64,000 nt of DNA from an uncultured Actinomycetota bacterium (GCA_963822305.1 CAWGHF010000026.1:11093-75092), one strand, 5' to 3'; shown: positions 10,857 to 20,848, counted from the stretch's first letter. Numbers and translations: made by a program. Notes: generated from the letters alone by a model not told the origin.

Positions 10857-11043
10857 GGTCGCGACCCCGCAGCAGCGTCATCACGTCGAATTCGCCGTCG
10901 CGCTGCCCGCCGATTATGTAGCCGATCACGCCGAGCACGAGCGCAATCAAGAAGCCGGTCAATCCGCCTGCGGCGGCGGCCAATCCGAGCAACAAGCCGG
11001 CGATCAGTCCAACTGTGCTAGTGGTCACGTTGTGTCCTTCCAA
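10849..11043 (-). CDS. Small membrane protein (DUF2273-like)
   Basis: 64 aa, Gly-rich hydrophobic hairpin, typical member of Asp23 operons. Confidence 0.7.
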   Translation of the reverse strand: MEGHNVTTSTVGLIAGLLLGLAAAAGGLTGFLIALVLGVIGYIIGGQRDGEFDVMTLLRGRDRG

Positions 11044-11070
11044 AAGAGTTGGTGGCCTCGTGGCGAAGTG

Positions 11071-11376
11071 TCACCGCGGCTGGTCGCGGATCACGTCTTC
11101 GACGGTGACGTCGATGACCCTGGCCTCGGGCAGCTGCGCGGCGATGGCGGAGCGCACCGCAGCGGCGGTGTCGTGCGCGGAGGCGCCGAACACCACGCAG
11201 ATGTGCACCTGTACCGCGCCGTCGTCGATGCGAATGCCGGGTACGCGCCGTCCGGGCAGGTACGTGCCGACTTCACCGAACATGCCCGGGTGCAGGTCGG
11301 CCACGCCGGGGACCGCCCGCACCGCCGCCGCCACGCGGTCGGCCGGCTCGTTCGGCGCCGGGGCGCTGGCCGTCAT
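11071..11376 (-). CDS. Asp23-like protein
   Basis: VAAAVRAVPGVADLHPG...VDVTVEDV pattern. Confidence 0.7.
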   Translation of the reverse strand: MTASAPAPNEPADRVAAAVRAVPGVADLHPGMFGEVGTYLPGRRVPGIRIDDGAVQVHICVVFGASAHDTAAAVRSAIAAQLPEARVIDVTVEDVIRDQPR

Positions 11377-11840
11377 TACTGCACTCGGGCGGGTGCGGCA
11401 GGTTGATCGTCGTCACGCTCGTCCTCGAGATGCACATCGTGGATGGTGATGTTAACCTCCGTGACTTCGAGTCCCGTCATGCGCTCGATAGCTGCGATCA
11501 CATTGCGGCGTATCCCGCTGGCGAGGTCAGTCATGGCCACCCCGTACTCGGCGATGATGTCGATGTCGACGGCGGTCTGCCGTTCGCCGACCTCCACCGA
11601 AACCCCTTGCCCCTGATTGACGCTGGCGCCCGGGATGCGTTCGCGCAGTTGCCCGACCATGCGGGCGGCTCCGCCTCCGCCGAGTTCGAAGACGCCGTTG
11701 ACTTCACGCGCGGCGATGCCCGCGATCTTGGAGACGACGGTGTCGGCGATCGTGGTCGTGCCTTGCGGACTGCTCAATGTGTTTTCGCTCGACGGCACCG
11801 CGCCTGCTGCGCCTGTGGTCTTCGGTTGCCCACTGGTCAT
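11376..11840 (-). CDS. Asp23/Gls24-family envelope stress protein
   Basis: GTTTIADTVVSKIAGIAARE...GVSVEVGE...IRRNVIAAIERMTGLEVTEVNITIHD. Confidence 0.9.
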   Translation of the reverse strand: MTSGQPKTTGAAGAVPSSENTLSSPQGTTTIADTVVSKIAGIAAREVNGVFELGGGGAARMVGQLRERIPGASVNQGQGVSVEVGERQTAVDIDIIAEYGVAMTDLASGIRRNVIAAIERMTGLEVTEVNITIHDVHLEDERDDDQPAAPARVQ

Positions 11841-12268
11841 TTCTATCCCCGCTCCCTTGCTTCGAGATGTGACGTCTGACAAGGCGCTCGCTGCCTGGCG
11901 GAACGAATGTCCCACACAATGTGACGTGCATCACAATCAATCGTAGTGCAGTTGCGGTACCGCAGACCAGAGGGCTGCTAGGCCGTCACAATCAAGGGAG
12001 GGTGGCCTCGTGGCTGAGCCGACTGGCGCCCCCCGACGCTACGACGCCGGTGTCCTGACGTGGCGGCGGCTGCGTCGATGGGCAACCGCAATGCCGTGTG
12101 TCGACGATGTGTATCGCCCGCCGAACTCGACAGCCCGCATCAGCAAGCTCTGCGATTCCTCGCCAGTTGGGCCGATGAAAACGGCGCTACCCCAGTGAGT
12201 TTCGACGACGCCACCAACGACAGTCGGAAGTCATAGATCGACAACAGGTTTCGCGGCTGCTCGAGTGC

Positions 12269-13021
12269 CTAACGCTCCGGCGATGCCCTCAGCCGGTCGA
12301 GCAGCTCAACAGCCACGTCACGCAATTTGATGTTGCGGTGCTGAGACTCGTCGACGAGTCGGGCGAATGCCTCCTCGGGCCCGCCGCCGTGTATTGCGAT
12401 CAGTGCCCCCTTGGCCATGTCGATCTCGGAGCGCGAGAGCAGTGCTGTCTCGAGCTGGGTGACAGTGTCTCGGGAGTGCTGCCAGCGGCCGGCGTTACTG
12501 ATCGCTTGACCCGCGGCGACGGTGTACAGGCGCATGAGTTGCGCGTCGAAGGGGTCGAATGCGGATGGGCTCTCGCTATAGATGTTGAGCGAACCGAGAA
12601 GTTCCTGCACCTCGCCCAACCCGCCGATGAGCAGCGGTACCGATAAACTCGCGCGAATCCCCAAGTGCTGAGCAGCCTTCACGAATTCCGGCCAGCGATG
12701 CTCGTCTTGGTCGATCACCGCGCGTATCGAGGTGCGCTGCGATGCGGCGTCGAGGCACGGCCCTCGGCCGCACGCATACTGCTCACAATCGAGGCGCAGT
12801 GCCCGCTCATCGGTGGACGCCGCGGTCTGGGTATCAGGCCAAGCAAGCATGGTGATGCTGACGGCGTCCGCATACGGGATCGCGGCGAGCGCCGTATAGG
12901 CGACCCGCGCCGCTATGTCGTCCAACGGTTCTTCAGCGGCGAACAGCTCTCGGAGTCCCTCGATCGCCTCGGCCGTAGACACCAATTTCGCCAACGGTGC
13001 CAGCAGGTAAGTACTCATCAT
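12269..13021 (-). CDS. GAF and ANTAR domain RNA-binding regulator
   Basis: GAF motif QYACGRGPCLDA...RWPEF...SLSVPL; C-terminal ANTAR SRSEIDMAKGALI...AFARLVDESQHRNIKLRDVA. Confidence 0.9.
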   Translation of the reverse strand: MMSTYLLAPLAKLVSTAEAIEGLRELFAAEEPLDDIAARVAYTALAAIPYADAVSITMLAWPDTQTAASTDERALRLDCEQYACGRGPCLDAASQRTSIRAVIDQDEHRWPEFVKAAQHLGIRASLSVPLLIGGLGEVQELLGSLNIYSESPSAFDPFDAQLMRLYTVAAGQAISNAGRWQHSRDTVTQLETALLSRSEIDMAKGALIAIHGGGPEEAFARLVDESQHRNIKLRDVAVELLDRLRASPER

Positions 13022-13181
13022 TTGCCTTCCGAGCATGCGATAACCGCTGCTACGGGCACACTGTGGCCTCAGCGTATCCCAATGACCATCCCGACGGTGG
13101 GCTTATTGACGTTCGCGAAGAACAACGGCGCAACTTCGAGCAAACCGGTCCGCCTTCGCCACAGGCTTAGGGCACGCTGAA

Positions 13182-14852
13182 GTGATGAACGACGCCGCGG
13201 GTCTCGTCGATGCGGTGGCTGCACTCGGCGCGGTGCTGGCGCGGACGACGTTCCCGCTGCCCGCGCCGTCGGCCTGGCCGGCCGAACGCGACCGCCGCGA
13301 GCTGTCCGCACAGCTGGCCGACTACCTCCTGCCACGGTTGCGCAGTATCGACGCGCCTCTGCTGGCGGTGGTGGGCGGCTCGACGGGCGCAGGAAAATCT
13401 ACGCTGGTCAACTCACTGGTCGGTGACGATGTCAGCCAGGCCGGCGTACTGCGGCCGACCACCCGAGGACCGGTCATCGTGTGCCATCCGTCGGATCTGG
13501 CGTGGTTCACCGACGACCGAATCCTGCCGCAACTTCCGCGATCGTCCGGGCCGGACGGCCTGGGTTTGGTGCCGCATCCGGGCGTCGGTCCCGGTCTCGC
13601 GCTGCTCGACGCCCCGGACATCGACAGCGTCGTGAGCACCAACCGTGAGCTCGCGTCGACCTTGCTGGCCGCAGCCGATCTCTGGGTCTTCCTGACCACC
13701 GCGGCCCGGTACGCCGACGCGGTGCCGTGGCAATTGCTCCACACCGCGCACAACCGGGGCACCGCCATCGCCATCGTGCTGAATCGCTGCCCGCCCGAGG
13801 CGGTGAACGACGTTGCCTCGCACCTGTCGGACATGCTGGCAGCGGGCGGGTTGGGTGGCGCGCCGCTGTTCGTGATCGCCGAGCAGGGACTCAAGTCGGG
13901 GCGGTTGCGGGACAAGGCGATCGCGCCCATCCGTTCGTGGCTGTCTGCACTGACAACTGACGCGGAGCAGCGGGCGGCGGTGGTTCGCTACACCCTCGAC
14001 GGCGCGCTGCGCAGCCTGCCGCCGCGGACCTACGCGCTGGCCGGCGCGGCCGACGACCAGCACGCGGTGCGCAAGCAGCTGGAGTCGTGCGTGTCTTCGG
14101 CCTACGGTGACGCGCTCGGGCGGGTGGATGAGGCGGTTCGCGACGGCGCGCTGTTGCGCGGCGAAGTGCTGGCCCGGTGGCAGGACGTGGTCGGTACGGG
14201 TGAATTGCTGCGCCGGTTGGAATCTCGGGTGGGGCGGATCAGGGACCGGGTCGTGGCAGCGGTGACCGGGCGGTCCACGCCGGTGGAGGAGCTGGGGGAG
14301 GCGTTGGAGGCGGGCATCGAGACTGTTGTTCGGAATGCCGTCGAGGAAGCGGCAGAGGTCTCCTACGGCTGTTGGGCGCGGCATCAGGCCGGCGCGCCCC
14401 TGTTGACGGACGAGCTGGCCCGGCCGGGCCCCGGGTTGGCCGACGCTGTCGAGCGGCTGGTCCGGGACTGGCAGGAGTTCGTGCTCGAGCTGGTCCGCAC
14501 GGAAGGCGCATCCAAGCGGTCGGGAGCCCGGCTGGCGTCGTACGGCGTCAACGGCGCCGGGCTCGTCGTCATGCTCGCGGTGTTCAGCCAGACCGCCGGG
14601 CTGACCGGCGCCGAGATCGCTGTGGCAGGCGGCACGACGGTCGCCAGCCAGAAAGTGCTCGAGGCGATCTTCGGCGAACAGGCGGTCCGCGGATTGGCTC
14701 GTCAGGCCAGGGCGGAGCTACTGGCACGCGTCGACGCGCTGCTGCAGCAGGACGCTGCTCGGTACGGCGACGTGCTGGGTTCGGCCTCGGCACTGGTGTC
14801 CGGTGAGGAATTGCGCGCGACCGCCGATCGCATCGCCAGGGTGCTGCGGTGA
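13182..14852 (+). CDS. Dynamin-like / YfjP-type GTPase (first of pair)
   Basis: G1 GGSTGAGKST, G2 RPTT, G3 DAPD, G4 LNR, then a long helical stalk with a hydrophobic paddle. Confidence 0.8.
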   Translation: MMNDAAGLVDAVAALGAVLARTTFPLPAPSAWPAERDRRELSAQLADYLLPRLRSIDAPLLAVVGGSTGAGKSTLVNSLVGDDVSQAGVLRPTTRGPVIVCHPSDLAWFTDDRILPQLPRSSGPDGLGLVPHPGVGPGLALLDAPDIDSVVSTNRELASTLLAAADLWVFLTTAARYADAVPWQLLHTAHNRGTAIAIVLNRCPPEAVNDVASHLSDMLAAGGLGGAPLFVIAEQGLKSGRLRDKAIAPIRSWLSALTTDAEQRAAVVRYTLDGALRSLPPRTYALAGAADDQHAVRKQLESCVSSAYGDALGRVDEAVRDGALLRGEVLARWQDVVGTGELLRRLESRVGRIRDRVVAAVTGRSTPVEELGEALEAGIETVVRNAVEEAAEVSYGCWARHQAGAPLLTDELARPGPGLADAVERLVRDWQEFVLELVRTEGASKRSGARLASYGVNGAGLVVMLAVFSQTAGLTGAEIAVAGGTTVASQKVLEAIFGEQAVRGLARQARAELLARVDALLQQDAARYGDVLGSASALVSGEELRATADRIARVLR

Positions 14853-16429
14853 CGCTCGTCGATCGGCTGGCAGCGCTGTCGTCCGTGGTGGAGCTGGGGA
14901 CCGGTCGGCTGCCCGAAGACGTGCTCGTCGAGCTGCGCGACCTCGATCGGCGGACCGGTGCCCGGCTGCGCTTGTCCGGTGAGTACACCGTCGTGGCACT
15001 GGCGGGCGCGACCGGCAGCGGCAAGTCCTCGTTGTTCAACACCGTCGCCGGGGCGCCGGTGGCCGGGGTCGGCGTCCGGCGGCCGACGACATCGGCCACG
15101 CAGGCAATGGTCTTCGGTCCCTCGAGCGCCACGGAACTGCTGGACTGGCTCGAGATTCAGGACCGGCAGTACGGCGACGCGTCAGCGCGTCCGGAGCTGT
15201 CCGGTCTGGTGCTGCTCGACCTTCCGGATCACGACTCGACGGAGTTGTCCCACCGGGCCGAAGTAGATCGGCTCGTCCGGCTCGTCGACGCCTTCACCTG
15301 GGTGCTGGACCCACAGAAGTACGCGGACGCCGCGCTACACGACGCGTACTTGCGGCCGCTGGCCGCGCACCGCGACGTGATGGTCGTGGTGCTCAACCAG
15401 TCCGACCGGCTGCCGCCCGCCGACCTCGCCGCGTGCGTGCGCGACCTCGAGCGGCTGCTCGCAGAGGACGGCCTGGCCGGTGTGCCCGTGCTGGCGACAT
15501 CAGCGGTGATACCGGACGGCGCAATCCCATTGCACGACTTTCTCGCTGCGACAGTGGCGAACCACAGGGCGCGGACAGCGCGGGTGAATGCGGATCTGGA
15601 TTCGGTGGCCGCGCGGCTTACGCCGCTGGTGCCGCCGGGGCGGTCAGAACCCCCGCTGCGGGACGCCGAGCGACAGCTTCGATCCGCACTCGCCGCGGCG
15701 GCAGGTGTCCCTGCCGTGGTGGGCGCGGTCGGCCGATCCTACGAGCGGAGGGGGCTCGCCGCAGTGGGCTGGCCACCGCTGCGCTGGGTGTCCAAGATTC
15801 GTCCAGACCCGTTGCACCGCTTGGGTTTAGGCCAATCCGATGCTGAGAGTGCTGTGCTTCGTCGCTCGTCGTTGCCCTCGGCTTCTGCGGCGTCGCGCGC
15901 GGGAGTGGACAGCGCGGTCCGCACGCTCGCGGCCACCGCGTCGACCGGTCTGCCGGCGCCTTGGCCTCGAATGCTGCTCGAAGCGGCGAAATCGCAAGCC
16001 GGGGCGGTGCCCGATGCGCTGGACCGGGCGATCGGCGGCGCCGACACAGTGGCTTATCGGCCACCACGCTGGTGGCGTCTGGTGGGGGCGATCCAGTGGG
16101 GTCTACTGGCTGCGGCTGTCGCGGGTGGGGTGTGGCTCGGGCTGGTTGCCGTGCTGGCATACCTGCAGATCGACGTCGATACGCCCACCCTCGGGCCGTT
16201 CGCCTGGCCGACCGTCTTGCTTGTGGGCGGACTCGCGCTGGGGCTTGCACTTCGGATACTCATCAGGCCCTTTGTGGCGGTGGGGGCGGCCCGGCGCAGG
16301 CGGAAGACGGCCGCCGAACTGAGCCGACGGGTCGAGACCGTGGGCCAGGAGTTCATCTTGTCGCCACTGCGGGCCGAGCTGGCTGTGTTCGAAGATCTGT
16401 CCGCGGCGGTCCGCCGACTCAGCGGTTGA
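14849..16429 (+). CDS. Dynamin-like / YfjP-type GTPase (second of pair) with C-terminal TM hairpin
   Basis: GATGSGKSS, RPTT, DLPDHD, PQKYAD, LNQ; two TM helices near the C-terminus; 4-bp overlap with the partner gene. Confidence 0.8.
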   Translation: MTLVDRLAALSSVVELGTGRLPEDVLVELRDLDRRTGARLRLSGEYTVVALAGATGSGKSSLFNTVAGAPVAGVGVRRPTTSATQAMVFGPSSATELLDWLEIQDRQYGDASARPELSGLVLLDLPDHDSTELSHRAEVDRLVRLVDAFTWVLDPQKYADAALHDAYLRPLAAHRDVMVVVLNQSDRLPPADLAACVRDLERLLAEDGLAGVPVLATSAVIPDGAIPLHDFLAATVANHRARTARVNADLDSVAARLTPLVPPGRSEPPLRDAERQLRSALAAAAGVPAVVGAVGRSYERRGLAAVGWPPLRWVSKIRPDPLHRLGLGQSDAESAVLRRSSLPSASAASRAGVDSAVRTLAATASTGLPAPWPRMLLEAAKSQAGAVPDALDRAIGGADTVAYRPPRWWRLVGAIQWGLLAAAVAGGVWLGLVAVLAYLQIDVDTPTLGPFAWPTVLLVGGLALGLALRILIRPFVAVGAARRRRKTAAELSRRVETVGQEFILSPLRAELAVFEDLSAAVRRLSG

Positions 16430-16492
16430 GCTCACGGTCAAGTCCATGGACGTGGTGTACGTCGTCGTCGTGTGATTCTTCGTTGTGGTGGT

Positions 16493-17360
16493 TCAGGCGG
16501 TCAGTGCCGCGGTGGTGACCTCCTGTTCTGTCGAGGTGTCTTCGGGGGTTCGTGATTTACTCAGGACATCGAGGCCGAGGTAGCGGCGGGATTCGGCCCA
16601 TTCGACGTGTTGTTCGGCCAGCACGGCGCCGACGAGGCGGATCAGGGCGCCCAGGTCGGGGAAGATGCCGACGACGTCGGTGCGGCGGCGGATCTCTTTG
16701 TTGAGCCGTTCTTGGGGGTTGTTCGACCAGATTTGTCGCCAGATTTGTTTGGGGAAGCTGGTGAACGCGAGCAGGTCCGGGCGGGCGTTCTCGAGGTGCT
16801 CGGCGACCTTGGGGAGCTTGTCGGCTAGCGCATCGATGATGCGGTCATATTGCGCAGCAACGGATTGCGCATCAGGTTGGTCAAACACCGAGTGCAGCAG
16901 CGTGCGTACCCACGGCCACGACGCCTTGGGAGTAATCGCCATCAGATTGGTCGTGTAATGCGTTCTGCAGCGCTGCCAGGCCGCGCCGGGCAAGGTGGCC
17001 CCGACCGCGGACACCAGCCCGGCGTGGGCGTCGGAGGTGACGAGTTTGACCCCGGTCAGGCCGCGGGCGGTCAGCGACCGCCAAAAGGTGAGCCAGCCGG
17101 CTCCGTCCTCGGCGGTGCTGACGTCGATGCCCAGGATCTCGCGGTAGCCCTCGGCGTTGACCCCGACCGCGATCAGCGCGTGCACGTTGACCACCCGGCC
17201 CTGCTCGCGGACCTTGAGCACCAGGGCGTCGGCAGCGACGAAGGTGTAGGGGCCGGCGTCCAGCGGCCGGGTGCGGAACGCCTCGACGGCGGTGTCGAGT
17301 TCCTTGGCCATCACCGACATCTGTGACTTCGACAACGACGTGATGCCCAGGGTTTCGACT
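16493..17360 (-). pseudogene. IS256 transposase, C-terminal part
   Basis: VETLGITSLSKSQMS...FVAADAL...VTSDAHAGL...WQRCRTH...SNNPQERLNKEIRRR. Confidence 0.9.
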
Positions 17361-17429
17361 GATATGTAGGTGATTTTGTCAAGTGGCAGGGTGAAGCGGC
17401 GGCCGCGACCGTCGTCGTGGCCGCCGCTT

Positions 17430-17660
17430 CCTTTGACCAGATGAGTTCCGCTGTTCGGGTCGAGCGTGTCGTGTCGACGCGTGTCAGTCTGAAATGCGCG
17501 GATTGGTTACCGCAGGACGGACCTTCGAATCGGAGTTAACCAGCGGGTCTAGCGTCGAGCGTCGTCAGTTGTGTCACAACGTGATTGCTCATAGTCGAAT
17601 CGCGGATCACTCCAGGACGCTTGTCGCCCCGTCAGCGGGTGTTCATCTGGACAATTCTGG
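17430..17660 (-). ncRNA. Putative bridge/seek RNA of IS110-A
   Basis: Segments match both target flanks and both donor-end halves, each pair flanking a small hairpin (see findings). Confidence 0.65.
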
Positions 17661-17666
17661 GTGTGG

Positions 17667-18749
17667 TCAGTCCGGCATGACTGCCAATGACCAACACCAT
17701 CCGGCCAGTTCGCGGGCTATCGCCACGTTGGCGACCACCGGGCGCTTCTTGCGGGCGTCGAACGCGCTCCAGCGGGTGTGCAGACGCCGGTTGGCGGCTT
17801 GGCCACGGGCCCGGGCAGCCGGCGAGGCCAGATCCCAGCGGCGCCGCAGCTCGGCTCCAGGCTGATACCGGTTGCGGTGGTGCCAGGCGGCCTCGACCAA
17901 CAGGCGGCGAACGTGTCCGTTGCCGGTCTTGGTCACCCCACCCTGGCTGCGAGAGTCTCCCGAGGAGTACTCGCAAGGCACTAACCCGACATAGGCGCCG
18001 ATGGAGCGCCCGGTCAACCGGTGCCAGTCGCCGATCTCGACAGCGAGGCCAAACGCGGTCAACGTCGCGACCCCACGGATGCAGCCCAACCGGTGCACCA
18101 CCGGGGTGAACTCACTGGCAGCAGCCAACGCCGTGATCGCGTCATCGAGGCGATTTCGGCGGTCCAGGCAGGCCAGTGTCGCGTCGAACGCCGCCTCGTA
18201 ACTCAGCTGCAGGGCCTGGTCGTCGAAACGCTGGGTGCGTAACCACCGTTCGTGATCGCGAGTCCAGGCCTTTCCGCCGGAGTAGACGATGCCTTGGCGG
18301 AGCAGCAGTTTCGAGACCCGATGTCGTGCGGTCATCAGATCTCCGCGGCAGTCCTCGCGGGCGCGTACCAGGTCGCGGGCGGCTTCCTGGGTGGCAGTGG
18401 GGACTGTCACGGCGGTGATCTGCCCTAAATGCAGGAGCCTGGCCAGATGCGCGGCATCACGGGTATCGGTCTTGACGCGCTCCCCGGACGGGCGGATCAA
18501 CTTCGACGGGGCGGCTACCTCACACGCGATGCCGGCCGCGGTTAACGCTCTGGCCAATCCGAACCCGGTCGGGCCGGCCTCATAGGTCACCGCTACCGGG
18601 CCGGGGAGATCACCGAGCCACGCCACGATCTCCGCGTGGTCAGGAGTCAACCGTCGCTGGAACACCTCTCCGGTGTCCCCGTCCAAAGCACACGCAACAA
18701 CCGAACGTGCGTGCACATCCAAGCCAACGCTCGTACGCTGAATCTTCAC
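17667..18749 (-). CDS. IS110-family recombinase/transposase (intact)
   Basis: GLDVH, YEAGPTG, KTDTRDA (DEDD), EYSSG catalytic Ser loop, TKTGN; GGGAGG RBS before GTG. Confidence 0.92.
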   Translation of the reverse strand: MKIQRTSVGLDVHARSVVACALDGDTGEVFQRRLTPDHAEIVAWLGDLPGPVAVTYEAGPTGFGLARALTAAGIACEVAAPSKLIRPSGERVKTDTRDAAHLARLLHLGQITAVTVPTATQEAARDLVRAREDCRGDLMTARHRVSKLLLRQGIVYSGGKAWTRDHERWLRTQRFDDQALQLSYEAAFDATLACLDRRNRLDDAITALAAASEFTPVVHRLGCIRGVATLTAFGLAVEIGDWHRLTGRSIGAYVGLVPCEYSSGDSRSQGGVTKTGNGHVRRLLVEAAWHHRNRYQPGAELRRRWDLASPAARARGQAANRRLHTRWSAFDARKKRPVVANVAIARELAGWCWSLAVMPD

Positions 18750-18949
18750 TGGGGCCTCCCACATCTTGTGGCTCTACCGGCCAGGACCAACTTCCTGTCG
18801 GCAACCCACGTTCACATGTGAGCTTTTGCGGGGCGCTGCGCTCCGCCGTGGGGTGAGGAAAATTTGCGCGCATGCCCCGGCGGGGTGCGTGGTTGGTTCT
18901 GGTTGTGCCGGCGGATCGAGCGGGTGGATGCTGGTGGGGTGTTTCGGGT

Positions 18950-19130
18950 CGACCCCGGTCTCTCTGTGTTGCCAGTGAGCCCGCATGTGAGCTTGGGGGT
19001 GGAGGGCACGATCTTTTGTCCGCGGGAACCGTGGAATGTTGCCTGTTGAGCACGAGTGTCAGACTTCTGTTTTATCCGCCTCTCCCCGGAACACGGACCC
19101 GGACAACGGAACACGATCTGAGGAAGAGGT
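18950..19130 (+). ncRNA. Putative bridge RNA in the left end of IS110-B
   Basis: Non-coding leader contains CATGTGAGCTT (18984-18994), identical to the left target junction. Confidence 0.5.
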
Positions 19131-19140
19131 GATCGTGTCG

Positions 19141-20405
19141 ATGGAGGTGATTCACCCGCGGTGCGCGGGTATCGACTGTCTCAAAGAAGGACGCGAAGGT
19201 CTGTGTGCGATCCAGGGCCACGGCGGGCGCAAGCGACGTCGTCGACGGTGACCACCTGGGGCGTCGATGACCGGGCAGATCCTGGCGCTGACGCGAGCAT
19301 CTGCTCGCCGAGCGAGGTGCACCTGCGTGGTGATCGAGTCCACCGGCGATTACTGGAAGCCGTTCTACTACCTGCTCGACGACGCAGCTGAACATGATGC
19401 TGGTCAACGCCCAGCGCCGTGCGCAACGTGCCCGGCCGCAAGACCGACGTGTCAGACGCCGCGTGGCTGGCCGATCTGGGCGCCCACGGGCTGGTGCGGG
19501 CCTCGTTCGTGCCGCCCGCACCGATCCGGGAACTGCGGGATCTGACCCGGGCCCGCACCATCATCACCCAGGAACGCACCCGCGAGATGCAGCGGCTGGA
19601 GAAACTGCTCGAAGACGCCGGCATCAAACTGTCCTCGGTGGCCTCCGACATCACCGGGGTCTCCGGGCGGGCGATGCTCGAAGCACTCATCGCCGGGCAG
19701 ACGCGACCCGGCGGTGCTGGCCGATCTGGCTAAGCGCACGGCTGCGGCACAAGATCCCCGCACTGACCGAGGCGCTGCAGCGGACGATTCAGCGACCACC
19801 ACGCGTTCATGACGCGACTGTATCTGGATCGCATCGACGCCCACAGCGCCGACATCGCGCGCCTCAGATGCCCGCATCGAGGAGGCGATGGCAGCCCTTT
19901 CGTCCCGCCCGGGACCTGCTCGATGAGCATCCCGGGCTTCTCACCAGATCGTCGCCGAGGTGTTCATCGCCGAAACCGGCGCCGACATGAGCGTGTTCCC
20001 CACCGCCGGGCACCTGGCATCCTGGGCAGGAACTCTCACCGGGATCCAACGAATCCGCCGGACGGGTCAAATCCACCAAGACACGGCCCGGCAACCGCTA
20101 CCTCAAAGGCGCCCTCGGGCATCGCCGCTCTGTCGGCCGCACGCGCTCGAAGAACACCTACTTCGCCGCCAAGTACCGACGCATCGCCATCCCGACGCGG
20201 ACCCGATGCGCAGCCCTCGTCGCCGTCGAACACGCCATGCTCATCGCCGCCTGGCAACATGCTCACCAACGGCGACTTCTACAGCGACCCCGGCGCCCGA
20301 CTACTACACCGCACGCCAACCAGCCCGAACCAAAGCACGAGCCATCAGACAACTCGAAACCCTCGGATACCGAGTCACTTGGAACCACTCACCAACACCG
20401 CGTAA
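19141..20405 (+). pseudogene. IS110-family (IS1558-like) transposase, heavily frameshifted
   Basis: MEVIHPRCAGID, VIESTGDYWKP, PGRKTDVSDAAWLA, FIAETGADMSVFPTAGHLASWAG, IRQLETLGYRVT in shifting frames. Confidence 0.85.
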
Positions 20406-20480
20406 CTCACCACCGAGCCGGGTCAGCCGTTGTGCTCACCCCATTTTGTGTCAGCGAGGCCCCAGCCCCTCATACCGTCT

Positions 20481-20848
20481 AGCTTGTCCATCCGCCGCGT
20501 CGAGACGCCCAGCAGATAACAGGTCGCCACCACCGTAGTCAACGCCCCCTCGGCCCGCTTGCGCCGTTCCAGCAGCCAATCCGGGAAGTAGGAACCCTGT
20601 CGCAGCTTCGGGATCGCGAGATCCAATGTACCTGCACGGGTGTCGAATTCACGATGTCGGTAGCCGCTGCGCTGGTTGGTCCGTTCGGTGCTGCGCTGCC
20701 CGTAACCCGCACCGCACAGGGCGTCGGCTTCGGCGCCCATCAGGGTGTGGATGAACGTGGCGAGCAGCTCGCGCAGCACGTCGGGGTGGGTGGTGGTGAG
20801 TCGTTCGGCCAGTACCGTGGGCATGTCGATATCGTGGGCAGTGGTCAT
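20481..20848 (-). pseudogene. IS256 transposase, N-terminal part
   Basis: MTTAHDID...QRSGYRHREFDTRAG...IPKLRQGSYFP...GVSTRRMDKL, which joins in frame to VETLG at 17358. Confidence 0.9.

Larger units (their letters stand above)
18823..20470 (+). mobile_element. IS110-family element B (IS1558-like)
   Basis: CT at both junctions (18823-24, 20469-70). Removing it restores the IS110-A left end CACATGTGAG-CT-CATACCGT. Confidence 0.75.
17359..20480 (-). mobile_element. IS110-family element A (long downstream non-coding end), carrying IS110-B 10 bp inside its left end
   Basis: CT core dinucleotide at both junctions (17359-60, 20479-80), no target duplication, outward TTGACA near the right end, intact DEDD recombinase. 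Confidence 0.85.
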
